The notes beneath the pieces were generated by a model. That model made no database searches and was not told the DNA's origin. It worked only from the letters and a program-made list of their open reading frames with translations. DNA of 64,000 nucleotides. It comes from Sarea resinae. Lineage: Eukaryota. The stretch is taken from assembly GCA_026026165.1 (NCBI GenBank), contig JAPEUD010000008.1:248001-312000 (forward strand). Reading direction: 5' to 3'. Positions 1 to 12,258 of the stretch are shown one piece after another (the first letter of the stretch is position 1; each line of letters begins with the position of its first letter). The translations under genes were made by a program, and so were the position numbers.

Positions 1-1211
1 TGTCAGAGTCTAAGCCATCTGACGCCACATTGGCGACACTCGAAACGCCGCCTCGATGCGTTGCGGATTTCTGTCTCGTGCCTGTACGTGGTGTCTGAGT
101 TTCTATCTGGCTATTTACCGGATTGAGCCTTCTTTCTGTTCTTGTCATAATTTGCACATTTTGTATTTGGCCATCCGCCAATTTCCTAATTTAATTCGTT
201 TGTCTATCTCTTAGCACTTCCGAGCCTACCTCTTCTCCTTACGCTTGAGCGTGAAAATGAGCTGAAGCGATTCTGTCTACTTTCTCTGTCTCTGCAATGC
301 TCTTTCCCTCACGCTCTCTAGCCCAGAACGCAATATGAAGACACCCTGAAGCAAAAATTTCAGGTCCCCGGAATTAGCTAACGACAAGCCCTCAGATCGG
401 AACCCCGACGCCCTCAGTCTCAGCCCAAGTAGCAGAAGTGCAGCGTCTGATCCAGAAGAGCAGCCTCACCTACTCGATGCACTCGGCCGGGACGACTGTT
501 GGTCCGTGTCCCTTTTTTCTTTTTTTTTTGCAGCTTCCGACCATGACGTTTGTTTCCTGGTTTTTGTTTCACGGCCGATCTTGGCGGCAGCATTCTATCC
601 TTGATAATATCTCTTCTCCAGCCCCTCCGTCCCTTCTCTCCCTAGAATCCCTTCCCCCCTCCCCTCCTTGTTCCCAATCGAAAGCAATCCAAATGACCCA
701 ACAATGTTTAACAAACCCCGCGACGACACAGAAGGTTCCTGGGACGAAGTAATGAATCTAATCGGGCGCGCGCATACCCTCCTCCACTCGCAGGGTATCC
801 TGCGCATCCAGACGGACATCCGAGTAGGATCGCGGTAAGTCCCACCTTCTATTTGCTCTGCCTCTCAAACCATCCCGTTCTCCCTTCGGCTCTGTATACC
901 CTGCATTTGATTTATCTGTTCCTCCCTTTACTTCCCTTGACAAGAGATGGCGCGCACGCCACGGGCCGACTGCTCATCCCCTCCCTCGCTCCCTCCTTTC
1001 GCACCATGAAAGCCTCGTCTTATTCTTGAATGATGCCGTGTCTTACCACGCGAGCATGGGACCCTCACTCAGCTCACCGCCAAAACCCCCAATCGCCTTC
1101 CCAAATTACCGGCTCACCGACTGACATGCTCCTCCCAGAACGGACAAAGACCAGCATTTCCACGAGAAGGTGGAGAAGGTGAACATGCTCCTCGCACAAG
1201 ACAAGAAATGA
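1..1211 (+). CDS. ECM15: ECM15/UPF0045 (thiamine-binding protein family) homolog, 4 exons; the A of the ATG lies just before the window
   Basis: Exons <1-83, 396-501, 732-834 and 1139-1211, with GT..AG introns, splice to (M)SESKPSDATLATLETPPRCVADFCLVP-IGTPTPSVSAQVAEVQRLIQKSSLTYSMHSAGTTVEGSWDEVMNLIGRAHTLLHSQGILRIQTDIRVGSRTDKDQHFHEKVEKVNMLLAQDKK*. The motifs ADFCLVP, HSAGTTVEG.WD.VM and RIQTDIRVG.RTDK are typical of the family. Confidence 0.9.
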
Positions 1212-1941
1212 AGACGAAGACAAAGACGATGACGATGACGAAGACGAAGATGTCTTCTGTATGAAACCATTCGTATCTCTAGAAAAGAAAAAAAGGAAAA
1301 CAAGGTTCTGTGAGAAAACAAATACGAGTTTCTGTTTCTGTTTCCGTCTCCGTTTCCGTTTCTTTGCTTTCCAAGGGACTAGAATCATTTATTCGATATC
1401 TATATTTCGTATCAGAATTCTTGAAAGAGAAGAAGAAAAGGGGAATTGTAGATCGGTAGTATAAAGGAAGAATCTTGAGTCTAGATTCTGCTATGCTACT
1501 TTGTTTAAATGAGAGAGGTCTACTACTAGGTAGTCGCAGGTGTACAGAAGGAGAAGATGACCTACCTCTCCTTTACAATGAACGAAATTGAGTATGAATT
1601 ATACATAGAGGCCACTGGACTTGGCTCTCTCTCTGTATTATTTTCGGCTTCTTCCTTGCGCAGGACGAAACGCCTGCGTGGGGTAAGGTATGGATACCAC
1701 ATGACACGGTACGATGCGATGCGACACATTACACGACACTCCGAGCGCCCACCCCGAAATGTTTCCCCCTGTGCCTAGTCCGTGAAATCGTAGAAAAGGA
1801 AAAAGACAAAGAAAAGGCCTCGTTGAACAACAAACGAAGGAGTACACCAACGCCGCGGAGTAAAAAAAGAAAAAAGAATCGACAGCCGTGCCCCCTTTAC
1901 ACCCCTTGGATCTCGTGCCTCACGAGTAACTTCTTCTTCTA

Positions 1942-3062
1942 CTACTTCTTCTTCACGACGACACCCTCGGAGCGCCTCAGGGCCTCGAGCGTCTTCTCGC
2001 GCTCCTTGAGCACGCCGCGTTCCTTGTCGATCATGCCCTCGACCTTCTTCAGCGCCTCTTTCATGCGGTCGAGCTCCTGCCGCTCTGTCTTCCGACTGTA
2101 CGGGTTGCCGGGGCTCGGGGCGTCCGGGATCTCGGCCGTCTTGCGAGCGCCGGCGCCTGCTGCTCCTCCTGCTGCTGCTGCTGCTCCTCGGCCCGCAGCC
2201 CCCGACGAGCCGGCCTGCTTGGAGCCCTTGGCATTCTTGCCTCTAGCGCCGGGGCCGCCGCCGGCCGCGGGCCCCGTCGCGGTGATGGTGCCGTCGACGG
2301 CGTTGCCCGTCAGCACGTCGTAGAAGGCCTCGACCGGCTCGTTGAAGACGACCTCCTCGTAGTTCTGCGAGATGATGGGCGCGCGGTTCTCGCGGTCGGC
2401 CTCGGCTGTTGGCCCGTACGGGTGCAGCTTCAGCCCGTGCCAGAGCGTCTGCGGCTTCTCGTTGCTCTCCGGCACGAAGTGCAGTTTGATCTGGATCTCG
2501 AACTCGCCCCAGCCCGTCTCGGTCACGCTGAAGGGGGGCGTGTCGACGGCTGTGGTGGGGCCGGAGAAGAGACCCAGGCGTTAGATTATGATGGGGGTAG
2601 ACACTCTTGGGGGTGGGAGCGGCGGATATTACGTACTTCGCAAGGCATTCGCATACGTCTCGTGTAGTTTGAATTGCACTTTTCTCAGCCAGTACGATAT
2701 GTCTTCGTCGTTGACGCCTTTTACCCAGACGGTCCACTGGTGGGTGTGCTCGTCTGGGACGCCTGGCGGGCGTTTGTTCGGGTCGATGGGCCGCGCGATA
2801 CTGCCAAAGACTGTATTGTAGTACAAAGGTGAGCGATTGGAGTGGACGATGCTTGTACGGGCTCTGAGGAGGAGTGCCTTGAGGCCCCAAGGTGGGGGGA
2901 CGGGTCTTACCAAAGGGTCTATAGATCGATACACCCTGTACAGATGTAAAGTAGATGGCCGGTCAGCCTTGCGCATCCCCTCGATGTGGAAATTCAGGGC
3001 AACCGGGCTGTTTTGGAGCAATTCCTCACCTTGACCCGTTTCGTTCCCGCGGGCGCGGGCAT
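1942..3062 (-). CDS. YAF9: YEATS-domain protein (NuA4/SWR1 subunit), multi-exon
   Basis: [27 protein letters not shown]...[11 protein letters not shown]...[10 protein letters not shown]...[21 protein letters not shown]...[12 protein letters not shown], followed by a C-terminal coiled coil. Confidence 0.95.
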
Positions 3063-3568
3063 CGTGAAGAAAGTCCGGCTTCCACGGGCGCGCTCTCTCT
3101 CTCTCTGTGTGCACAATCGATGTATGTATGGGATTTGTCGTCTTTTTGGGCCCGGCGAGAGCGAGGACGTATGGAGAAAGTAGTTTCGTGGAGAAGAGTC
3201 GTTCGGTGTATGCTGTTTTCGACGTCTTTTCTGAGCGCTGCGCGCGACAGGGAACAGCGGAGCTTTGAATGCGAGATGTGATGTCGGTCGGAAGAAGCCG
3301 AGAGAGATCGCCGGTCGTTGACTGTGGTCTGTGCTTTCGTTGATGTCAACATCTGGCCGGCATGTTCGCATCGATCGTCCCGTGGAAGTATATACTGGAG
3401 CTCAAGATCGACTGATATCTGTCTCCCTTGATCCAATTCAACAGTTAGCTGACTTACCCTTTTCACATCCGCGTGCCGTTCAATATTCCGAGTATTCAGT
3501 CGCCAACAATTCACACCAAGAAGGGATAGACCTGCGACAACGACGACGACGACGGCGAAGAAAGACTT

Positions 3569-4772
3569 ATGGCTACTGCAGCAGCAAAGAAGCGCATTGT
3601 CGTGTGCGGAGGGAATGGCTTCTTAGGTGTGTTTCCTCGCCGCTCCAGACGCTCAATGGCTTTCATACATGGAACCACTATTGGACCAGCTTACTGATAA
3701 TCTTGTTCTCTTCTGTCTCTTAGGCACGAGAATATGCAAATCGGCCGTAGGTAGGGGCTGGGCCGTCACAGCGATCAGGTACGTTGCGCCGTGTCTGGGG
3801 TCCCCTGTTTCTACCCGTCGACTTGCCATGCTGTCAATCGCTTTACAAAACATCGATTGAAGTCTTGCTGACTTATTTCCCTTGCGGCTGTCTACAGCCG
3901 CTCTGGCGAGCCCACCTGGTCATCGGTAACCTCGTCCGCCGAAGCGCCCAAGTGGTCTAAAGATGTCGAATGGCGCGCCGCCGATATCCTCCAGCCGTCC
4001 ACATACGCTTCACTACTCGAAGACGCCGACGCCGTGGTGCACTCCATGGGGATTCTGCTCGAGGCAGACTACAAAGGGGTGTTGCAGGGGAAGGAGCCCG
4101 TATGGAAGGGGCTTCAGAGAGCGTTTAGTGCCACCAAGGCCGGCGGAAGTACGAACCCGTTAGATAGGAAAGCCGGGGAGGGCGTGGAGCCTGGCGAGAA
4201 GGATGGTCAGATTACGTATGAGTTGATGAACAGGGATTCAGGTGCGTGCACACATTCTTGCGTTCGGGTCAAAGGTGGTGGTTGTCTGGATTGCATGATT
4301 GCATCGCGAAACAGTGAAGATCAACCTGACAAGTTTGATTGTAATAGCTATCACGCTTGCAAGAGAAGCGTCATCCAAAAAGGTGCCGACGTTCCTTTAC
4401 ATCTCGGCTGCGGCCGGAGCCCCCATCCTCCCCGCACGATATATCACGACAAAGCGAGAGGCCGAATCAGCCATAGCAACCTCCTTTCCAGCCATGCGCA
4501 GTATCTTCATCCGACCTGGATTTCTGTTTGATTCATCGAGAGGCTTCACTATACCGATAGCTGCTGCGGGCTTCTTGGGTTCGGCTTTCAACTCGTTGAC
4601 GGGTGGGAGACTGACTGCTCTCATGGGCGCTGGGGGTACCAAGCCGCTGAAGGCAGACGTTGTTGGTGAAGCGGTGGTCGAGGCGCTTGGAGATGAGACT
4701 GTCAAGGGGCCAGTGGAGACGACTGAGATTGAACAGTTGGCGAATACTGCTTGGAGGCGAGGAATGCTATGA
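3569..4772 (+). CDS. COQ11: Atypical SDR / NAD-dependent epimerase-dehydratase, COQ11 (YLR290C)-like, 4 exons
   Basis: Rossmann motif IVVCGGNGFLG; also ADAVVHSMGILLEADYKG, TYELMNRDSAI, FLYISAA, RYITTKREAE and IFIRPGFLFD. Confidence 0.85.
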
Positions 4773-4902
4773 GCGTGATGCTGTTGAAATTTCTTCGGAT
4801 TACTAACGGCATGCACTACAAGTTTATGCGCTGGATGTTTGGACTGCTGGCATAAAAAGCTGAAGGATCAGCCGTCCTACTCGTTGAAACCTAGTTGTAA
4901 TA

Positions 4903-6016
4903 TCATATCGCTGTGCCACGCTCGAAGCTGTCCCGGATCTCGGCTGTGTACTATTCGATCGTAAGCATCAAATATGTCTCCAGTAATGCAAGAAGATCCG
5001 GCTTACCTTGTTGTAGAATCTCGACAATTTTCCGTTGAATTGCTGCGTGTTTGTTAGTGATGGCAATCAAAGTATAACGTGCTAAGTGACTGACCTTGTT
5101 CTTGTCGTTGATATACGTAACGTCGCCGTCATCGTCGCCCTTGCCCCTGTCCTTTCTCTTCTTCATTCGTACTTCCTCCGCCTTCCTTAGATCTGACACC
5201 AAACGATCTACGGCAGCTTTTTCCGGCTTGTTCTCGACAAAATCGGTGCTATCGGCGGTCGAATAAAACGTTCCATTTTGGTCGACAGCCACCAACTCTC
5301 CATCCTCGGTCTCAACAACCTCGAGACCACCACTCATCGCTGCCTTCTGTACTGCATCCAACTTCGATTTCTCGTACGCGTCCATGTCCGGTTTCAACCC
5401 TTTCATCTGTCGCTTGTAAACCTTGCGGGCGTCTTGTCGGTAGTCCTGGAATGCCACGTCTTCACGATGTCTCTCCTTCTTCTCCATACGGCGGTCCCAT
5501 TTCTCTGCCTCGTCCACGGTCCAGTCCCAGGCGCGCTTGCGTTCGAAGTCTTCTCCCGAGGCTTCCGTGTCGGCCTTGAGGAGATTCTGAGATGCTATTG
5601 CTTGTTTGCGGGATAGAGAGGAGAGGATGTTCGGGTCTGTGGCAAGTCGTTGGGATTCTAGAGCCGCTGCTTTGAGGTTTTGCTCTGCTGATTTTTTCTG
5701 CAAACGTGGATTAGTTTGGATACGAGAGCTGACAAGGCGAGTGGTAACTCACGGCTCGTGCTTGGAGGGCCTTGAATCTGTCTTGTCGCTCTCGTGCTTT
5801 GATGAGAGCTTCATTGACTGCAGTACTTCCAGAAGAGGTTCTGACATCCCGTTTTGGAGCCGCTGTACTGCTTTCCTCTTGCATATCCTCCTTCGTCGCA
5901 ATTGCTGGGGTTCCATTCCCAGCCTCGTTGTCCTCCTGAGCGACGAGTCCTTTCGAGCTTTCACCCTCAACAGCGTCAACAACGGTCGAAATCTTACGCT
6001 TCTTTGACGGAGGCAT
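4903..6016 (-). CDS. SYF2: Pre-mRNA splicing factor SYF2, multi-exon
   Basis: RERQDRFKALQAR, GEDFERKRAWDWTV and [37 protein letters not shown]. Confidence 0.93.
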
Positions 6017-6349
6017 GTGGAGAGTGATAAAATATCAGTTCGAAGTTCAGACGGTGTCCTTGATATGGATCTGTAGGTATGGTCCGAAAGGATCGATCAG
6101 TAGTGTCAGTAGCTGGAGAGTAGATGCGGCTTCTGCGTGATTGACGTGACGTCTGAGGGAAGGCCGATTATGTAATCCCAACGGAGGTACCTTCGTAGTT
6201 GTACCGCCTTTCTCTCTCTCGGTCCAAGGGTCTCTCGGACACCAAAAAGCTCAAGCTCAAGCTCAAGATAAAAAAAAGGCTCAAGATCAAAGCTCGACAA
6301 TCAAGCAGAGACCTACGACTTCATTGACACCCTGTCTCAGCTGGCCCCA

Positions 6350-7972
6350 ATGTTTCAGCAGGGTGCTCGACGGGCCAACAGACAGATATGCATCTTCTGT
6401 GAGCATCGGCATGCCGAATTGCGGCGGAGATCATTCACCACTACGGCTGCGAAGCTTAAGAAGGGCAGGCCTCCAGTCTGGTCCGCGAGTGGACAACAAC
6501 CGTGGAGGCCTCCACGAGCATACCCCACGGATGCCAATACCCCCGTTGAGCTCATCAGGCTTGCTCTCCTTGGTTCTTCCCCGGTGCCACAGCAGAATCG
6601 ACAGACCAAGTCATTAGGGGCCGAGGCACAAGTTCTCCCACCGGATGTCTCGCCAGACCAGGAATTTTTCGACCTCTTGCTGGAAGCGACAGCAAATCAG
6701 ACGTGGAATGGGAGTGCTTCGGGATCTGGTCTGCAACAGTCGAGTCGGAAGGCAGAAGAGCTATACGGGGATGCCGGCATTGAAGCCGCGACGGACAGAG
6801 GTTATCAGCAAAGGCTCGGTGAATTGGTTGGGGAGAAGGAGAAAAATCATGTCAATACCGTGACTGCGAAAACGAACGAAGCAGCTCAGAACGCAACCGT
6901 GGAATCGGCCTTGGAGCTGCTCAATACAACAAGGGATTTATACGAAATTCTTCGAGCCGTCGATGTCCTTGCTCGAACTCCTACAGGCTTGAAACTTCTC
7001 TCCCCGACCCCTGAGTCGAAAGCCGGTCCTCTAGGTAGGGTGATTCGCCGTCTATCGAGATCATACCCCGAACGTGAGATCCTGGCTGCCATTGCGAACT
7101 TGGCTCAGACACTCCAGTATCCACAGTGGATTTGTGTACTCGGCTTGAAATACGCTGCCTCAGCTGATTCTGTCACTGCCATGGGTAATTACCTCACCAA
7201 GCTCAAGGATCAAGGCTCAAATTTGTCCGAAGGGGACTTGGTTTTCATTTTGGATAAGATGGGCCGCCACCGCCGCAGCCCCAAGCACGTCCGAAAGTCA
7301 CATCCTGCCGTACGCTTCTGGCAAGACGATGAGACCCTTCGAATACTTACTGGAGCAGAGAACGGCAATAGTTCTCGTGCTAGTCTGAAGGAACATGTGC
7401 GCAGGGAGAAGAGCAATGTATGGTCCACCTATATCCTGGCATTGGGCAGATTTGAGGCCATCGAAGCACTGAAGGAGGAATGGGAAATCTACAAGGAAGA
7501 TCAGCCGGCGCCGCCTGAAGAGAAAATCCGAGAATCCGAAGCGGCCACTTCAGAAGCATTCGCCCGAGCCTTTATCCAGAATGATGACTTTCAGCGGGCC
7601 TGGGAAGTCGTGCAAACCACCAGTCTGACGGCGGAAGACCTGCCAAAAGGGGCATGGCTACGACTTCTAGGACATCTAGAGTATTGTGGCACGCTGCCGA
7701 AAGACATAGGTAGCATTATTCTCAGCAAGTACGAGGAATACCTCTCTCTCATTGAGAGGTCCCTCGGCGTCATATGGACGGGTGGAGAAGAGGGCCGTCA
7801 CTTGGTGAAAGATCGAGAAAATGAAAAACCGCTCGGAGCTTTCTTCGCGGATGGGAAGAACGTCGCTGAGATCGAGAGGCAGATCAAAGAGACGGAATTG
7901 TCTGACGTTGAGGAAGAGCAATGGGCCGAATTAGAAAACGAGTCTCTGAAACCTGAGAATCAGACATCATGA
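6350..7972 (+). CDS. Hypothetical 540-aa protein, probably mitochondrial and helical
   Basis: Long uninterrupted ORF with an Arg-rich, acid-poor N-terminus (MFQQGARRANRQICIFCEHRHAELRRRSFTT). No domain recognised. Confidence 0.75.
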   Translation: MFQQGARRANRQICIFCEHRHAELRRRSFTTTAAKLKKGRPPVWSASGQQPWRPPRAYPTDANTPVELIRLALLGSSPVPQQNRQTKSLGAEAQVLPPDVSPDQEFFDLLLEATANQTWNGSASGSGLQQSSRKAEELYGDAGIEAATDRGYQQRLGELVGEKEKNHVNTVTAKTNEAAQNATVESALELLNTTRDLYEILRAVDVLARTPTGLKLLSPTPESKAGPLGRVIRRLSRSYPEREILAAIANLAQTLQYPQWICVLGLKYAASADSVTAMGNYLTKLKDQGSNLSEGDLVFILDKMGRHRRSPKHVRKSHPAVRFWQDDETLRILTGAENGNSSRASLKEHVRREKSNVWSTYILALGRFEAIEALKEEWEIYKEDQPAPPEEKIRESEAATSEAFARAFIQNDDFQRAWEVVQTTSLTAEDLPKGAWLRLLGHLEYCGTLPKDIGSIILSKYEEYLSLIERSLGVIWTGGEEGRHLVKDRENEKPLGAFFADGKNVAEIERQIKETELSDVEEEQWAELENESLKPENQTS

Positions 7973-8698
7973 TTGGCGCACCTGCCTTTGCGCCTCAGGC
8001 TGAAACTACAATGCCTCTGAATATGGGTCACGAGACTATTGTCGTGATGGCCGCCGCCATTCTCTAGTCCGTCGATCAGCACGCAGTGTACAGCGTCCAG
8101 AGGCTCCTCTGGTAATATTCCCGCAGACCTGGGCGGCGGACTCACGGTCAGGCGTCTTCAGAGACTCTACGAACTCCACATTTAGACGACAAGCGCACGA
8201 GAGGACACACCGCATTCATCTAATCATGCAAGGCTTGAAGGCAGATCCTCTCCCATCTATCAACAAGCAACAGCCCTCGATAGCGACGGCCGAGACATTC
8301 AAGCCTGGATGAAGACGACGAAGCTCCGTTGTCCGATGCATCAGCTTCCGAATCTCTGTTACTTCTCAACAAGCCCCTCCTTGCTCTCCCTCTACCATGG
8401 TCTTTATCCGAGAAGCAAGACTTCAAGCCGTCTGTCCATCCATACACTAGCGAATCGATCAATTAGCCAGTGTTACTTTTATACTTCTACACTCCGCCTA
8501 CCTCCCTACCTACCTCCCTACCTACCTCCTTGCCTATCTCCATACCTACGATCTATCTATCCATCCACCTATTCCCCTAGCAAGCTACCTATCTTCTCTA
8601 TCCGAAATGGAAGCATGTATCTAACCCCTGTATTTATATCCGCCCAACCGCCTCGCTTCCTCTCTCCCCCTCTCTCTCTCCCCTCCCCTCTTTCTCTC

Positions 8699-8701
<3 letters not shown>

Positions 8702-8735
<34 letters not shown>
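8702..8735. repeat. (AC)n microsatellite
   Basis: Pure AC dinucleotide run. Confidence 0.95.
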
Positions 8736-8736
<1 letters not shown>

Positions 8737-9123
8737 ACCCCCTTTCATGTACATACATACAAGCCACCCACCCACACTAGCTCGCCCACATATCCTACGG
8801 GTTCAAAATAAAACAAAACAAAAAAACAAACCGGGAACCACATATTCAATAGATGTGGAGATGTGTATGCGTTGGTGTTTGAGGGGGATATCTCCTTGAC
8901 CTACTTTACTTGTGATTCGTATTCGGCGTCATGTTTTCTGGTTTGCGTTACTGGTTTATGGGTGGGTCTGTGGTTCGAGGACATTGGAACTGAGTGATTG
9001 GTTGTTTTGTTGGTCAATAGTCAGAAGAGCTGCATACACCACTCTATTGCTGAACTAACGTACGTAGCCCTTGGCTTGGCGTAGCTTTGCTGTGGTACCT
9101 TCTTGTATGCTCTAGCATGGTTT

Positions 9124-9246
9124 AGGACAGTATAGGACAGTAAAGGATAGGATAGGATAGGATAGGATAGATCAGGATAGATCAGGATGACACACCACAC
9201 CACAACACAACACAACACATAAACACGCACGCACGCACGCACACAC
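9124..9246. repeat. Compound microsatellite: (GGATA)n, (ACACA)n, (GCAC)n
   Basis: Directly visible tandem units. Confidence 0.9.
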
Positions 9247-9533
9247 GAAACAGTCATTAATCGGGTCCTCTCTTCTCTAAATAGACATAAGAGGTTTGGT
9301 TTATAGTGCAGACTAATGCTTGTTGTATGACATGTGTGATCTGTGAACGAACAGCGAGAAGAGCAAATGAGTGAGTGGAATGGGAGTGGGAGTTGGGGGC
9401 AGCGGGTGGAGGAAGAGAAACGTGGGCTTTAGCGGGTGCGAAGAGTACGGGATGGGGATGGTATAGTACAGTATTCAAGAAAGGAACCCTCCTTCTTTTT
9501 CTTCCTATCCTTCCTCGCCCTCTTTCTTTCCTC

Positions 9534-11940
9534 CTAATCGACTTCCTCACTACGATGTGAATCCTCATCGTCGACATCGAGATACTGGCATGTCCTCCGC
9601 TGTGCCAGTGTAAGAGCGGTATAATCGCCTCCGACGGCTCTAACGAGGATGGAGTCAATGCGGCGAGGGGTTGATCCGGTATGCTGCTGGTGTTGGAGGT
9701 CCGTTTGTGCAAGGATGGTGCTGACGGGCCTTCCGCTTGCTTGTCCGTTGGCATCACCATCACCATTACCGTCAGTGCCACCATCATGCTCCTCGCCCTC
9801 ACTGGTGGCAACAACGCCCGCCTCACGGTCGAAGCTGCGGACAGCGTTGATGACAAACACACGCTGGCGCGCGAGCATCAGACGCACGCGCATCATGTCG
9901 GTGATGTGGCGGCCGAGGTCGCGCATGTGGTTAGCCGGGTCCTGCAGCGTGAGGTAGACGTGGCGCCGAGCTTTGTAGTCTGATTCGCGGCCGAGGTCGC
10001 GCCGGGCTATTTTGGCAAAGTGGGCTTGGCCGTGGAGCACGGAGAGGGGGACGTTTGATGGAGGAGGAGGAGGAGGAGGAGGAGGAGAAGGAGAGAAGGG
10101 CTGGTTTTCGGTTTGGGTTTGTGGGGATTCGGCGTTGTTCGATGGCTGCTCTTCTGCTTCATGGTTCTTGTCTGTCGCTTCCTCGCTCGTGAATTTCTGC
10201 GCGGGAGTCGGTTTCTCGAAGAAATGCGGCGGTTCGATGCAGATTCCCACTCGGTACGTGCTGAACCTGGCGTAGAAGTCCAGGAAAAATAGGAATTGGC
10301 GCGCGACGTAGTTGTGCTCGGTGGGGTGGTGGGGTGAGAACTTCACGGCCGCAACGAGCATCATGAAGAGGGTGTAAGAGTCGAATTTGCCGTCCATCGT
10401 TGGCCCGACGAGGGCGCGCTTGGCAAAGAGCTGGTAGATTACGAAGTAGAGAGGGCGCAGGGCGGGGTATTCGACGAGGTAATTCTTGGTGTACTCGAGC
10501 GCTGCAAGGTCGTTGGGGCCGGCTGTGAAGATAATCCGCAGGTTCGTTGAGATGTGTAGGATGGTCAGATTAGGGACATCATATTTGATAGTTTCTTTTC
10601 GGGGAGATTTGAGCTGCCTGAACTCGCTGGAGCGATGGAGGACAGAAGCAATTTTGTGTATAGCGCGACGTCCTTCTTTGATCACTTGCGGACGTGTTTC
10701 ACTGGCGCCGCGGTCCCCAAATTGAGGCCCATCTTCTTTTAGGGAGTCGACGTAGAATTCAACGCCCGACGTAGAGAATGCTAGGCCTGTGGCGGAGGGA
10801 CCCCGCAGTTGCAAGGAGACATCGGGTACTGCGTCCGCCACCAGCTTCGTAATGCTGCGAATCAGTTTCTCACGAGCCTCCCCTTCTTTTTCCTGTACTG
10901 CTACAAAGGATTGGAAGACGAAGATTTCGTCCTGGAGACTGTGTGACGTTTAGTAAACGTGAAAGTTGCAGGCGTATGTCGTGGGAAACATACCGGGACA
11001 GCCCATCGACAACTCCCTTGGTCTCATCATTAATCCACGGAGTCTTTGTTGAAGAGACTTCCGAACCAGTAGGAGGAACTTCCATTGGCTGGGCAGTCTT
11101 CCTCTTCTGACGTTTCAAAGATTGTTGTTTTTTGGGGGACTGAGTAGACGTTGTTGTTGTATGATCCCCACTCTCTGTCACCTTATCATTTCTCCCCAGT
11201 TCCACGATTTCCCTTTTCCCCAATGGGTCTCGTCTCCAGACGATGAATTGCCCCTTCTTGTTGGAGCCATTGATCGCGTCGATGCTGGCCTGAACTGGTG
11301 CTGACGATGAAGCATCCCTGGTCTCCGCCAGCTTTTCATTGTCTAGCACGGGCGTTTCGGCAGTTGAATGGCCAACAATTCTCCGGATGTTGAGTTTTCT
11401 CCCTCCATGCATAGGTCCTTTAGGGTCGGAGGCTTCAGCTGGGTGATTCACTCCGGCAGCGCGGGCTGCGCTATGCGCTGGATTCTCGTCCCTCGTCTTC
11501 TGCACGTAAGCAAGGTTGGGCCTCTTAAACCACGCTTCATCTTCCCAGCTCCCATCCGTCGGGACCCTCCTAATAGGGACAGCTCGGTTCGCATACCGGT
11601 GCGCTTCAAGGGTAGCCTCGAGACTATGGGCGTGGATGGGGTGGAGTTTGTTGGGGTGTCGTGCACGGCGGGCCCATCGTATGCCGCCGGACCTGTCTAT
11701 CTGGTGCTGAAGCTTTGAGTATTTCGTCCTTGGGGCTGTTATCGGCTTGTCATGGTCACTCTTTTTCGTCGCATTGATCTCATCGAGTGCGTCTGGGCGG
11801 CTTGATAGCAACCTCTGCTGCGATTGAACGCCGCCGAGGCTCTGGAGTAGGACGCAGCGTAGCGCAGCTATGGGATTGTATGCATTTCTGGCCTCGCATG
11901 GCCGCAGCGGAGATGCTGACGCTGGCCGCAGAGGAATCAT
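9534..11940 (-). CDS. Trf4/Cid1-type non-canonical poly(A) polymerase-like protein (PAP-associated domain) with a degenerate catalytic motif; 2 exons
   Basis: An intron near 10940-10993 joins ORF 10870-11940 to ORF 9534-10841. Family motifs: RLQDEI..F, TGLA, YPALRPLY, FDSYTLFMMLVA, FLDFYARF and YLTLQDPAN..RDLGR. Confidence 0.8.
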
Positions 11941-12258
11941 CTAGGCCCGATATGAGTATCATGGGGTTCAGTCACCGCGATCTCGAGATCTCAAGAGCTC
12001 GATCGATGGTGGCTCGTCTCTCTCCCGTCTCTCTCCCATCTCTCTCCCGTCCGCTGTCAACTCGACTCAATCGGGCCTGGCGACAGCAGCCACGGGTCTC
12101 GCCAAGCATCGACCACGGACCTTCGACACCACTCACTTCCACTGCCCACGGCACGCTGCCCACTCTCTCTTCTCTCTTCTCTCAGCTCTCTCTCCTCTCC
12201 TTCTCTCTTTTCCACTCTCAATATTCAATTGAGATACGGCCTCATCCATCCGATCATT

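Noticed and set aside
84..395. TPP riboswitch in the intron of a thiamine-binding-family gene
   Set aside because: GGTGTCTGAG resembles part of the aptamer, but the downstream ACCTGAT and GGNTAATNCC.GCG elements are absent.
1..400. Window begins with TGT, suggesting an LTR start
   Set aside because: It is the TG of the ECM15 start codon followed by exon 1; no second LTR or gag/pol was found.
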